Of a DNA stretch of 64,000 nucleotides, positions 9,935 through 17,891 are shown piece by piece. The DNA comes from Bacteroidota bacterium. Its GTDB lineage: Bacteria > Bacteroidota > Bacteroidia > UKL13-3. The stretch is from contig JAWXAU010000091.1 in assembly GCA_034439655.1 (NCBI GenBank), positions 1,129 to 65,128 of the forward strand. Direction: 5' to 3'. A program made the position numbers and the translations under genes. The notes under the pieces are model-generated. The model did no database searches, was not told the origin of the DNA, and saw nothing but the letters and a program-made list of their open reading frames with translations. Position 1 is the stretch's first letter; each line of letters starts with the position of its first letter.

Positions 9935-12532
9935 TTAAATCCCTAATTGAAACCCTATAGTAGGCGACCCCAATCCTGGACCCATGCTAATATGTTCTAC
10001 ATCTGCGGCAGTCAAAGTTTTCACCATTTCGGGAGTTCGATCCTCTGCTTTCATTGCAGCCAATCGTAAGTTCTGCTGTTTTACTGCATCATCCATTAGT
10101 TTCCTTACCGCACGTGCATTGCCAAAGAATTTATCGCGTTGTGTCCACAAGTTTTCTAATAGTTTTTCTAGCATCGTTTTCGCATCTGCATCGGGCGTGA
10201 TGCCACGTTCGGTTAGCATTTTGGAAGCTATTAATTTCAATTGTTCCAAATCGTAATCTTCAAAAACCATCATACGGTCGAAACGAGATTTAAGTCCAGG
10301 GTTGGATTCTATAAATCGTGTCATCGGTTCTGTATAACCTGCAACAATTACAATAAATTCGCCGCGGTTATCTTCCATCCGTTTTAATATAGTTTCTACG
10401 GCTTCTTTTCCAAAATCATTATCGCTGCCATGCAGTGCATAAGCTTCGTCAATAAACAAAACTCCGCCCATTGCTTTGTCAATCATTTCTTTAGTTTTCA
10501 AAGCTGTTGAACCTATATGGTTTCCTACCAATGCTTGTCTATCACACTCCACCAAATGTCCGCGTTCCAATATTCCCAAAGCTTTATATATTTGTGCGAG
10601 GATACGTGCCACCGTGGTTTTCCCTGTACCAGGATTGCCTGTAAATACAGCATGTAGGTTGAGCAAACTGCGTAAATCTTTTCCTGTTTCTCTATAATAC
10701 CTAACGAGTTTTACAAGTTCATCAATTTCTGTTTTTGTTTTGTTAAGGCCTACCATATTACTAAGTTGTAATAATGAATCACGCAACAAGTCTTCATCAA
10801 CAGGTATGCTTGCAATCTCACGATTTTTCTTTTCGAAGATGGGCACCAAATCGGCCACTTCAAGAGCCATCAAATTTTCTTTCGATAATTCTTCGGGGTT
10901 GGGCATTTGCATAATACGCAATCCCAAATTCATTTTTGCCTCATCCAATATATTATTGACTAGTCGTGCATTTCCAAAATTTTGGTTACGGGCACGGTAA
11001 GCCTCTACCAATTTTTTATACATAAAAACTTGTGCATCGGGACTAAACTCCACCATGCGTTTTTGAGCAGCATATAAAGCTATTTTTTCAAGCTCGTCGG
11101 GTTTATAATCGGGGTATTCAAAAGTCATTTGAAAACGCGATTTGAGACCCGGGTTCGAGTCTAAAAAATTATTCATTTGTTCAGGATAACCCGCCACCAC
11201 AATAGCTAAATCGCCTTCGCCATCACTCATTTCACGAACCAATACTTCTATTGCTTCTTTACCAAAATCTTTGCTGTCGTCGTCTTTTCGTGAAAGACTA
11301 TAGGCTTCGTCAATAAATAAAATGCCACCTCTGGCTTTTTTAATAGCTTCTTTAGTTTTAGGTGCTGTTTGCCCAATAAATTCCGCCACCAATTCACTAC
11401 GGTCGGCTTCATATACATGGCCTTTACTCAACAAGCCTAAGTTATGATATATTTTGCCGAGCATGCGTGCCACAGTTGTTTTTCCTGTTCCTGGATTTCC
11501 TGTAAATACTGCATGTAAATTAATTTTATCGGTATCCGTAAATCCTTTTTTGCGGCGAAGTTTTATAAAGTTAAGATAGCTTGTATAGTCGTGTACTTTC
11601 TTTTTGATACCGTTTAAACCAATGAGTCCGTTCATCTCACTCATCAATTCCTCGAACGATCGTCCGCCACTTACTGCAGGCAAAGATTTATCTTGTAATT
11701 TATTCCTGCTAGGTGTAAAATATATTTGTTCGTCGTCAATTATTTCTACTTCTTCAATTCCAATCTCAAAAGGAATTACTGCCACAATTTGATTCATAAA
11801 AACCAATTCCACAGTATAGATATCGGTGCTCCAACTTCCCTTAATATCACTTCCCCAACCGACAGTGCAGTTTATTTCCTCATCGCCGGGGTATATAAAT
11901 AATAGTTTATCGACCGAGCCTTTAAGTTGGCCACTCACTGTTTTGAAATTGAATATCATTTCACAAGCCCAGTAATCGTGCTCTTTCAATAAGTTTTTGG
12001 CATTGAGCTCTACCCATACATAACGGGTATCAACACTATTAAAAGTTTTAAGATACGTGCGTTCATGCTCGGGCACATTGGCATCGGGGCCTTCATATAT
12101 CTTAATCTCATTGATATCGAAATAAGGATTAACATGGGCATTGGCAAGGCCATTATGCTCTACATAAAAACTACGCTCGGCAGCCATTTTATTTTCTATC
12201 CATGCCTCCCAACGGTAGGAGCCACGTTTCCAATAATTGCCTTTGTTTTTAACGCCCCAGCCTTCTCTCACAAATACCACACTGTCTTCCTTTTTCACGG
12301 TACGGTCGCAGTTCAAACTACAAATTTCTGCACCATCGGGACCAAAACATTTGAGACGAATATGCACGTCCCAATCTTGTTCGTCGAACAATTTATTAAA
12401 GAACGAAAATTCACAATATATATAGGACAACTCGCTCTCATCATATACCAAACGGTAGTTCTTCTCATTATTTGCCAACCACTCGGTGCTGGCAAAAATC
12501 CGCAAATCCTTAAACTTGTGTTTCATATCCAT
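9935..12532 (-). CDS. Large AAA+ ATPase with two tandem CbxX/CfxQ(SpoVK)-type modules and an unassigned ~330-aa N-terminal domain
   Basis: 865 aa. The block AVFTGNPGTGKTTVAR...LFIDEAY...GYxExM...NPGLKSRF occurs twice (aa ~340-590 and ~610-860). The N-terminal third has no match I can name. Confidence 0.7.
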   Translation of the reverse strand: MDMKHKFKDLRIFASTEWLANNEKNYRLVYDESELSYIYCEFSFFNKLFDEQDWDVHIRLKCFGPDGAEICSLNCDRTVKKEDSVVFVREGWGVKNKGNYWKRGSYRWEAWIENKMAAERSFYVEHNGLANAHVNPYFDINEIKIYEGPDANVPEHERTYLKTFNSVDTRYVWVELNAKNLLKEHDYWACEMIFNFKTVSGQLKGSVDKLLFIYPGDEEINCTVGWGSDIKGSWSTDIYTVELVFMNQIVAVIPFEIGIEEVEIIDDEQIYFTPSRNKLQDKSLPAVSGGRSFEELMSEMNGLIGLNGIKKKVHDYTSYLNFIKLRRKKGFTDTDKINLHAVFTGNPGTGKTTVARMLGKIYHNLGLLSKGHVYEADRSELVAEFIGQTAPKTKEAIKKARGGILFIDEAYSLSRKDDDSKDFGKEAIEVLVREMSDGEGDLAIVVAGYPEQMNNFLDSNPGLKSRFQMTFEYPDYKPDELEKIALYAAQKRMVEFSPDAQVFMYKKLVEAYRARNQNFGNARLVNNILDEAKMNLGLRIMQMPNPEELSKENLMALEVADLVPIFEKKNREIASIPVDEDLLRDSLLQLSNMVGLNKTKTEIDELVKLVRYYRETGKDLRSLLNLHAVFTGNPGTGKTTVARILAQIYKALGILERGHLVECDRQALVGNHIGSTALKTKEMIDKAMGGVLFIDEAYALHGSDNDFGKEAVETILKRMEDNRGEFIVIVAGYTEPMTRFIESNPGLKSRFDRMMVFEDYDLEQLKLIASKMLTERGITPDADAKTMLEKLLENLWTQRDKFFGNARAVRKLMDDAVKQQNLRLAAMKAEDRTPEMVKTLTAADVEHISMGPGLGSPTIGFQLGI

Positions 12533-12631
12533 AAGAACAAAATTAAGGATAAATGGTTGCTTATTCCCAACTTTTGCAAAGTTTTTTAACTTTACGAAAG
12601 TTGGGCGTACTTTTGCGGCAAATTTTAAAAC

Positions 12632-13687
12632 ATGAATATTAATAATATTACCGAGCTTCTTGGCAATCAGGCCAATAGCCTACTTGGTCATAAGGCCATC
12701 ATTAGCAAAGACCTCTTGCACCAGCCAGGTCCCGATTTTGTGGATCGTGTTTTTGCTCAAACCAACCGTAATACTCAGGTATTGCGTAGTATCCAAAGCA
12801 TTTACGACCATGGCCGTTTGGGCCGTACAGGTTATGTGTCAATCCTTCCTGTAGATCAAGGAATAGAACATTCAGGTGGTGCTTCATTTGCACCCAACCC
12901 CATTTATTTCGACCCTGAAAATATTATTAAACTTGCTATCGAAGGCGGTTGCAATGCTGTTGCTTCTACCTACGGAGTATTGGCTGCATGCTCACGTAAG
13001 TATGCTCATAAAATCCCTTTCATCGTAAAAATCAACCACAACGAAATTCTCACTTACCCCAATAAATTTGACCAGGTAATGTATGGCTCTGTTGAAGAAG
13101 CTTGGAATCTTGGAGCTGCTGCGGTAGGTGCTACTATATATTTCGGTAGCGAAGAATCGACCAGGCAAATACAGGAAGTGGCGGCGGCTTTTGAGCGTGC
13201 CCACGAGCTTGGAATGGCTACGGTGTTGTGGTGCTATTTACGTAATAATGGTTTCAAAAAAGAGGGTGTCGATTACTCTGCCGCTGCCGATTTAACAGGA
13301 CAAGCCAACCATTTGGGTGTAACTATTCAAGCAGATATTATCAAACAAAAATTACCTACAAACAATGGTGGTTATAATGCCATTAACTTTGGCAAAACAC
13401 ATCCAAAAGTATATAGTGAACTATGTACCGATAATCCGATTGACTTATGCCGTTATCAAGTAGCAAACTGTTATATGGGCCGTATGGGTTTAATAAACAG
13501 CGGCGGCGAAAGCAAAGGTGCTAGCGATATGGCTGAAGCAGTAATGACAGCGGTGGTTAACAAACGTGCGGGTGGTTGTGGTTTGATATCGGGTCGCAAA
13601 GCTTTCCAAAAACCCATGACTGAAGGTGTTACTTTATTGAACGCTATTCAGGATGTGTATTTGGAGAAGGGGATTACTTTGGCGTAA
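12632..13687 (+). CDS. fbaB: Class I fructose-bisphosphate aldolase (DhnA/FbaB type)
   Basis: 351 aa, collinear with E. coli FbaB: [24 protein letters not shown]...[12 protein letters not shown]...KQKLP...INSGG...[16 protein letters not shown]. Confidence 0.9.
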   Translation: MNINNITELLGNQANSLLGHKAIISKDLLHQPGPDFVDRVFAQTNRNTQVLRSIQSIYDHGRLGRTGYVSILPVDQGIEHSGGASFAPNPIYFDPENIIKLAIEGGCNAVASTYGVLAACSRKYAHKIPFIVKINHNEILTYPNKFDQVMYGSVEEAWNLGAAAVGATIYFGSEESTRQIQEVAAAFERAHELGMATVLWCYLRNNGFKKEGVDYSAAADLTGQANHLGVTIQADIIKQKLPTNNGGYNAINFGKTHPKVYSELCTDNPIDLCRYQVANCYMGRMGLINSGGESKGASDMAEAVMTAVVNKRAGGCGLISGRKAFQKPMTEGVTLLNAIQDVYLEKGITLA

Positions 13688-13713
13688 GGATAATTAAGAA
13701 AATTATATGGATA

Positions 13714-13744
13714 AAAGCCGTTTCTCTGAGACGGCTTTTTTACT
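13714..13744 (+). terminator. Rho-independent terminator after fbaB
   Basis: aagccgtttctctgagacggctttttta: a GC stem (agccgtttc / gagacggct) followed by a T-run. Confidence 0.6.
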
Positions 13745-13871
13745 AAAAAAGCATCATTGATATTAGGTTTTTTCGACGGGCATCTTTATGTTTTTGTAGC
13801 AACTTCAAACTTATAAAAAATATTGTTGTATAATTATTTCGCTACTTTAACATTAATTTATAATATACTAA

Positions 13872-15023
13872 ATGTGCGAAAACAAACTAATTGACATATC
13901 TAGTTGGCAAAGTGGTAGTAATGATTTCGTTCCAATAGGTAAACGTATAAAGCGAGTTGTATTTGAACCTGAGACAGAAAAATTATACTATTTTAAGGTA
14001 CCTAAAGATAAATATCCTTGGGAGTTTTGGACAGAAGTTATATCATACCAAATTGGACAAAGCTTAGGTTTTAATACCAATTCTTAAACTATAATAGTTC
14101 TCCGCCTGTGGCGGATTAGTTTGTAGAATGGTAATACCGAACTACAATACATTTAGTCCCTTTCTTTTGGACTATTATATATTGAGTTTCGGTATAATGT
14201 ATTGAAATATGAGCCTGCAATTTCTAAAGATTCTGTCGGGTGTTTATCTCCTTCTATGGTAGGAGAGCATGAAGAATTAATACACGGGCAGCAGTTCCTT
14301 ACACAAATATTGCCAACTTTTGAAACTAAAAAAGGGATAGATCATAACTTTCAGTTGATAGAATCTTTCTTTAGAGATAGTGAACATGAAGTTTCTTTCG
14401 AAGAATTTATACACATGTTAGTCTTTGATGCGATAATAGGTAACAGGGATAGGCATCAACAGAATTGGGCTATGATAAGAGGGGTTGAAATAGATGTGAA
14501 AAATCTAAAGTTAAATGCAAAAATATTTAGTCAAGATGCATCAGTATTAAAGATAATATGGCGATTAATAGGATTGGGGCTGTCGAGAAAAACGAATAAG
14601 TCAATTGCAAATATGGAAATAGAAATAAACGAACATTACAGATTTTCTCCCTTTTTTGACAATGGAAATTGTTTGGCATATAATATCATTGAATCCAAAA
14701 TTGGTGATATGGTTAAAAACGAAAAGCAGCTTGAAAATTATCTTTTCGGCAATAAAGCAGTAAGTCATGTTAAGTGGGATGGTGCATCAATTCCACATAT
14801 TGATTTACTTAAAAATGTTTCTCGCCATCATAGGGAAGCTGTTTTGACTGGCATTGAAAAGGTTAATCGAAACTTAAATGCTATATCATTTGAAGATATA
14901 GTAACAAACATTGATAATGGATTGGATGTTGTACAAAAGGATTACGTTCTATCTTTGCAGCGGAAAGAATTAATCTGCAAATTATTGAATGCAAGAGTAG
15001 CTAGGCTTTTAAGCAGTTTTTAA
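13872..15023 (+). pseudogene. HipA-like Ser/Thr kinase gene (HipA_C-type) interrupted by a 114-bp in-frame repeat insertion carrying stop codons
   Basis: ORFs 13872..14087 and 14202..15023 are in the same frame. The downstream part has the HipA catalytic motif (IIGNRDRHQQNWAMI; F.PFFDNGNCL). The upstream part carries the nucleotide-binding lysine region (KRVVFEP...YYFKVP...EVISYQIGQSLG). The 114-nt segment between them (14088..14201) opens with an 85-bp repeat copy (14088..14172) that carries TAG stops. Confidence 0.6.
14088..14172. mobile_element. 85-bp MITE-like element, copy A, inserted in the hipA-like gene
   Basis: aactataatagttctccgcctgtggcggattagtttgtagaatggtaataccgaactacaatacatttagtccctttcttttggac. 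About 90% identical to the reverse complement of 46669..46753. The core is palindromic (ccgcctgtggcgg). Confidence 0.75.
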
Positions 15024-15683
15024 ATGGTATTAAACAATATATATATTAGTTGGCGGAAAGGTAAGGGTGGGAACCGTTATCTTATAGGTTTGCTCGAGAG
15101 GCTAACTAGTGGATTTGCCTTTTCTTATATAAAAGAAGAAGTTATTAAGGCGAGAAATGATGGGTTCAAAAATTATCCCGATTTTTCTACTGTGAATTTT
15201 GACCATAAATATACCGGTGATTTAGAAAGAGTTTTTTCACTTAGACTAATGCCCGAGGGGCGACCCGATCGTGAACAGTATCTTTCTTTTTGGGATGCAA
15301 ATAATCCAAAATATGATTGGTTTGACGAATTGGGATTTACCCAAGGGAGATTAGCCACTGATAATTTTGAATTTCTTGCTAAGCTTCCATATTATGATAA
15401 TAATCTAGGGTTCGTAACCGATATAGCCTCACTAACTCATAATCCACTACCTATTGACAAGGTAAAGCAAGGAGACAAGTTAAGATTTGAACTGGACACA
15501 AACCATCTTACAGACCCTAGTGCTGTTAAGGTATATAAAGACTCCGAATTTATTGGTTACATTAAAAGAGGGCATTCATTTTTCTTTAAAGATGCAAACA
15601 GAAACAGATTGAGATTAACGGTTAAGCACATTGAAAAAAATGGAATGGTTAATCAATTATATATTTCTGTAATAAAGGAATAA
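15024..15683 (+). CDS. Hypothetical protein with a C-terminal HIRAN-like domain, translationally coupled to the hipA-like gene
   Basis: 219 aa. The start ATG overlaps the upstream stop (TAAATG). The C-terminal segment GDKLRFELDTNHLTDPSAVKVYKDSEFIGYIKRG matches the HIRAN consensus (G..v.L.rEpdNpyDpnAikV...g..iGYvpr). The N-terminal ~140 aa are unassigned. Confidence 0.55.
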   Translation: MVLNNIYISWRKGKGGNRYLIGLLERLTSGFAFSYIKEEVIKARNDGFKNYPDFSTVNFDHKYTGDLERVFSLRLMPEGRPDREQYLSFWDANNPKYDWFDELGFTQGRLATDNFEFLAKLPYYDNNLGFVTDIASLTHNPLPIDKVKQGDKLRFELDTNHLTDPSAVKVYKDSEFIGYIKRGHSFFFKDANRNRLRLTVKHIEKNGMVNQLYISVIKE

Positions 15684-15728
15684 GAAATATTATAGGACTA
15701 GATTATATAGCCGAAATAACTTTTTATA

Positions 15729-16505
15729 TCAAGGCTTCTCAAACTCACCATAACCATCTGTCAAAATATCAGGTATGGTGTCGGTAATCAAAATTGTATG
15801 CTCAAATTGAGCAGATAATTTTCCGTCAATGGTGCGGGCGGTCCAACCATCTTTGCGGTCTACTTTACTGCGGGCCTTACCTGCATTTATCATGGGCTCG
15901 ATGGTGAAAATCATTCCTGGTTGTAATACAGGGCCTTTATTGCGTTCATGCTCAGCATGATTCACTTCAGGGTCTTCGTGGTATTTTACGCCTACCCCAT
16001 GTCCGCAAAATTCATATACTACCGAGCAACCCTGTGAAGTGGCATAACGGTTTATTTCAAATCCAATATTGCTAAGTCGGTTGCCGGGCTTGCATTGCAT
16101 AATGCCAATGCTCAAACATTCTTTGGCAACTGCTATTAGTCTTTTTGCATAATCGCTACAGGGTCCTACTTCATACATGCGGCATGAATCACCATAATAT
16201 CCTTCAACAATTAAGGCCACATCAATATTTAATATATCTCCGTCTCTTAATTGGTAAGGACCCGGAACGCCGTGACAAATCACATCATTAACTGAAGTGC
16301 AGCATGATGCTGGAAAACCACGGTAGCCTAGGGATGCAGATTTTGCTCCATGGTCATTCACATACTCACGGCATTTTTTATCGATATCGGCTGTGGTAGT
16401 TCCGGGCTGTGCGTACTGCCCCAAATATTTAATGGTTTCGTAAGTAAGAATGCTGGCCTTGCGGATGCCTTCTATTTGTTCAGGAGTTTTGATGAGGATT
16501 GCCAA
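15729..16505 (-). CDS. map: Type I methionine aminopeptidase
   Basis: 258 aa. Pita-bread fold with metal-ligand residues in DGDILNIDV...HGVG...EHTILIT. Confidence 0.9.
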   Translation of the reverse strand: MAILIKTPEQIEGIRKASILTYETIKYLGQYAQPGTTTADIDKKCREYVNDHGAKSASLGYRGFPASCCTSVNDVICHGVPGPYQLRDGDILNIDVALIVEGYYGDSCRMYEVGPCSDYAKRLIAVAKECLSIGIMQCKPGNRLSNIGFEINRYATSQGCSVVYEFCGHGVGVKYHEDPEVNHAEHERNKGPVLQPGMIFTIEPMINAGKARSKVDRKDGWTARTIDGKLSAQFEHTILITDTIPDILTDGYGEFEKP

Positions 16506-16514
16506 GGGATTGAT

Positions 16515-16652
16515 GAATTACGAATCACGAATTTTAAATTACGAATTGCAATCCCTAGCTATCGTGCTCGTGGTTTGGTGTTATCACCAGCCACATCGCA
16601 TTTATCATCCAACAGCCTGAATTCGTAATTCGTAATTCGACACCCGTAATTA
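16515..16652. repeat. Palindromic element built from ATTCGTAATT repeats
   Basis: Left arm gaattacgaatcacgaattttaaattacgaattg (16515-16548). Right arm gaattcgtaattcgtaattcgacacccgtaatta (16619-16652). The arms are inverted and separated by ~70 bp. It sits in the divergent map/rpmH spacer. Confidence 0.6.
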
Positions 16653-16702
16653 TGTTTGTGGCGGCAAATTTACAGCCCCTTTCATCTAAATTTGAAAAAT
16701 AT

Positions 16703-16733
16703 TTGCGAGGTAGAAAAAATCTGCCTACTTTTG
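16703..16733 (+). promoter_or_regulatory. Bacteroidetes sigma-A type promoter for rpmH
   Basis: -33 TTG at 16703-05. Twenty nt downstream lies the -7 box TACTTTTG (TAnnTTTG consensus) at 16726-33, 29 nt upstream of the rpmH ATG. Confidence 0.45.
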
Positions 16734-16761
16734 CACTCCTTTAAAAATTAAGCATAGCAAA

Positions 16762-16920
16762 ATGAAACGTACATTCCAACCATCGCAACGTAAAAGAAAG
16801 AATAAACACGGATTTATGGAACGCATGTCCACCAAAAACGGACGTAGAGTATTGGCAGCCCGCAGAGCTAAAGGCCGTCATAAACTTACTGTGAGCGACG
16901 AGCCACGCCATAAACGTTAA
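16762..16920 (+). CDS. rpmH: 50S ribosomal protein L34
   Basis: Not in the ORF track (52 aa). Translation [52 protein letters not shown] is the canonical L34 sequence. Followed by rnpA. Confidence 0.9.
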   Translation: MKRTFQPSQRKRKNKHGFMERMSTKNGRRVLAARRAKGRHKLTVSDEPRHKR

Positions 16921-16942
16921 TAGAAAATATTTTTTAATGAGT

Positions 16943-16977
16943 AAAGCCGGCTTCAAGTCGGCTTTTTCTTTTTTCAG
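16943..16977 (+). terminator. Rho-independent terminator after rpmH
   Basis: aaagccggcttcaagtcggctttttcttttttc: a stem (aagccggc / gtcggctt) followed by a T-run. Confidence 0.6.
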
Positions 16978-17144
16978 CCCACATGATTTTATACCGATTT
17001 AACATTCAAAATAGTCCAATTTACGCAAGTTTCATTGTGCTATTTTTATGCATTATCAGCATTACCATTGTAAATTTATAAATCAGTTTGGGCTGTTTTA
17101 TAAAAACAATGGGTATTATTGCATCTTTGCTTAAAGAAATATAA

Positions 17145-17558
17145 ATGGATACCATCCGTTACACCTTCAAAAAAAATGAAAGGCTTTGCCGCGAAAGCCA
17201 TGTAAAGAAGCTGTTCACGGGTCGCAATGATTATAGTGATAAATTATTTCCCTTTCGTATCTCCATCAATTTTGTTCCTGCCGAAAATGTACCTTGCAGC
17301 AAATTTTTGCCAGTAGTTCCCAAAAGAAATATTAAAAAAGCAGTACATCGCAACCGTAAAAAACGTTTGATGAAGGAAGCTTGGCGATTGAGCAAACACT
17401 TATTGCTTCCAATTCTTAACGAAACAAAAACAGATGCACATATTGCTTTGTTCTACAATAGCAAAGAGCCCATCACCTTTGTGGAAGTGCAAGAAAAACT
17501 AAATATATTGCTCGAGCAACTCCTCAAGAATTATAAACCTACTACCGAAAGTATATAA
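17145..17558 (+). CDS. rnpA: Ribonuclease P protein component
   Basis: 137 aa basic protein. The ...RL.....F..... pattern typical of RnpA. Canonical rpmH-rnpA-yidD order. Confidence 0.8.
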   Translation: MDTIRYTFKKNERLCRESHVKKLFTGRNDYSDKLFPFRISINFVPAENVPCSKFLPVVPKRNIKKAVHRNRKKRLMKEAWRLSKHLLLPILNETKTDAHIALFYNSKEPITFVEVQEKLNILLEQLLKNYKPTTESI

Positions 17559-17559
17559 T

Positions 17560-17784
17560 ATGCCCAACCCATTATCATTACTTTTTATTGGGCTGATAAA
17601 AATATATCAGTATACTATTTCGCCTTTGTTGCCTAGTGCCTGTAGATATACTCCAACTTGTTCGCAGTATGGTGTGGAAGCTATCAAAAAATATGGCCCC
17701 TTAAAAGGTGGATGGTTGACACTAAAAAGAATATGGCGGTGCAACCCTTGGTGGGGTAGTGATGGGCACGATCCAGTGCCGTAG
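17560..17784 (+). CDS. yidD: Membrane protein insertion efficiency factor YidD
   Basis: 74 aa. [47 protein letters not shown] is the DUF37/YidD signature. Confidence 0.85.
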   Translation: MPNPLSLLFIGLIKIYQYTISPLLPSACRYTPTCSQYGVEAIKKYGPLKGGWLTLKRIWRCNPWWGSDGHDPVP

Positions 17785-17785
17785 A

Positions 17786-17866
17786 GATTTGACAACCCAG
17801 CCACGCCTGTGTGTATGCAGATTTGTCAAATCTGCTTAGGCCCCAGTCATGCAGAGTTGTCAAATC
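17786..17866. repeat. GATTTGACAA / TTGTCAAATC motif cluster A
   Basis: gatttgacaac (17786), gatttgtcaaatc (17820, near-palindrome) and ttgtcaaatc (17857), about 35 bp apart. Lies just upstream of the arginase-family gene. Related clusters at 50858, 51214 and 51873, plus a single copy at 30381. Confidence 0.65.
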
Positions 17867-17891
17867 CCCCAAATCCCTTAATTTTGCAACG

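Noticed and set aside
14088-14201. Intein or group-I/II intron as explanation for the in-frame 114-bp interruption of the hipA-like gene
   Set aside because: The segment contains in-frame stops and is far too short for either. It is a copy of an intergenic repeat found elsewhere (46669..46753).
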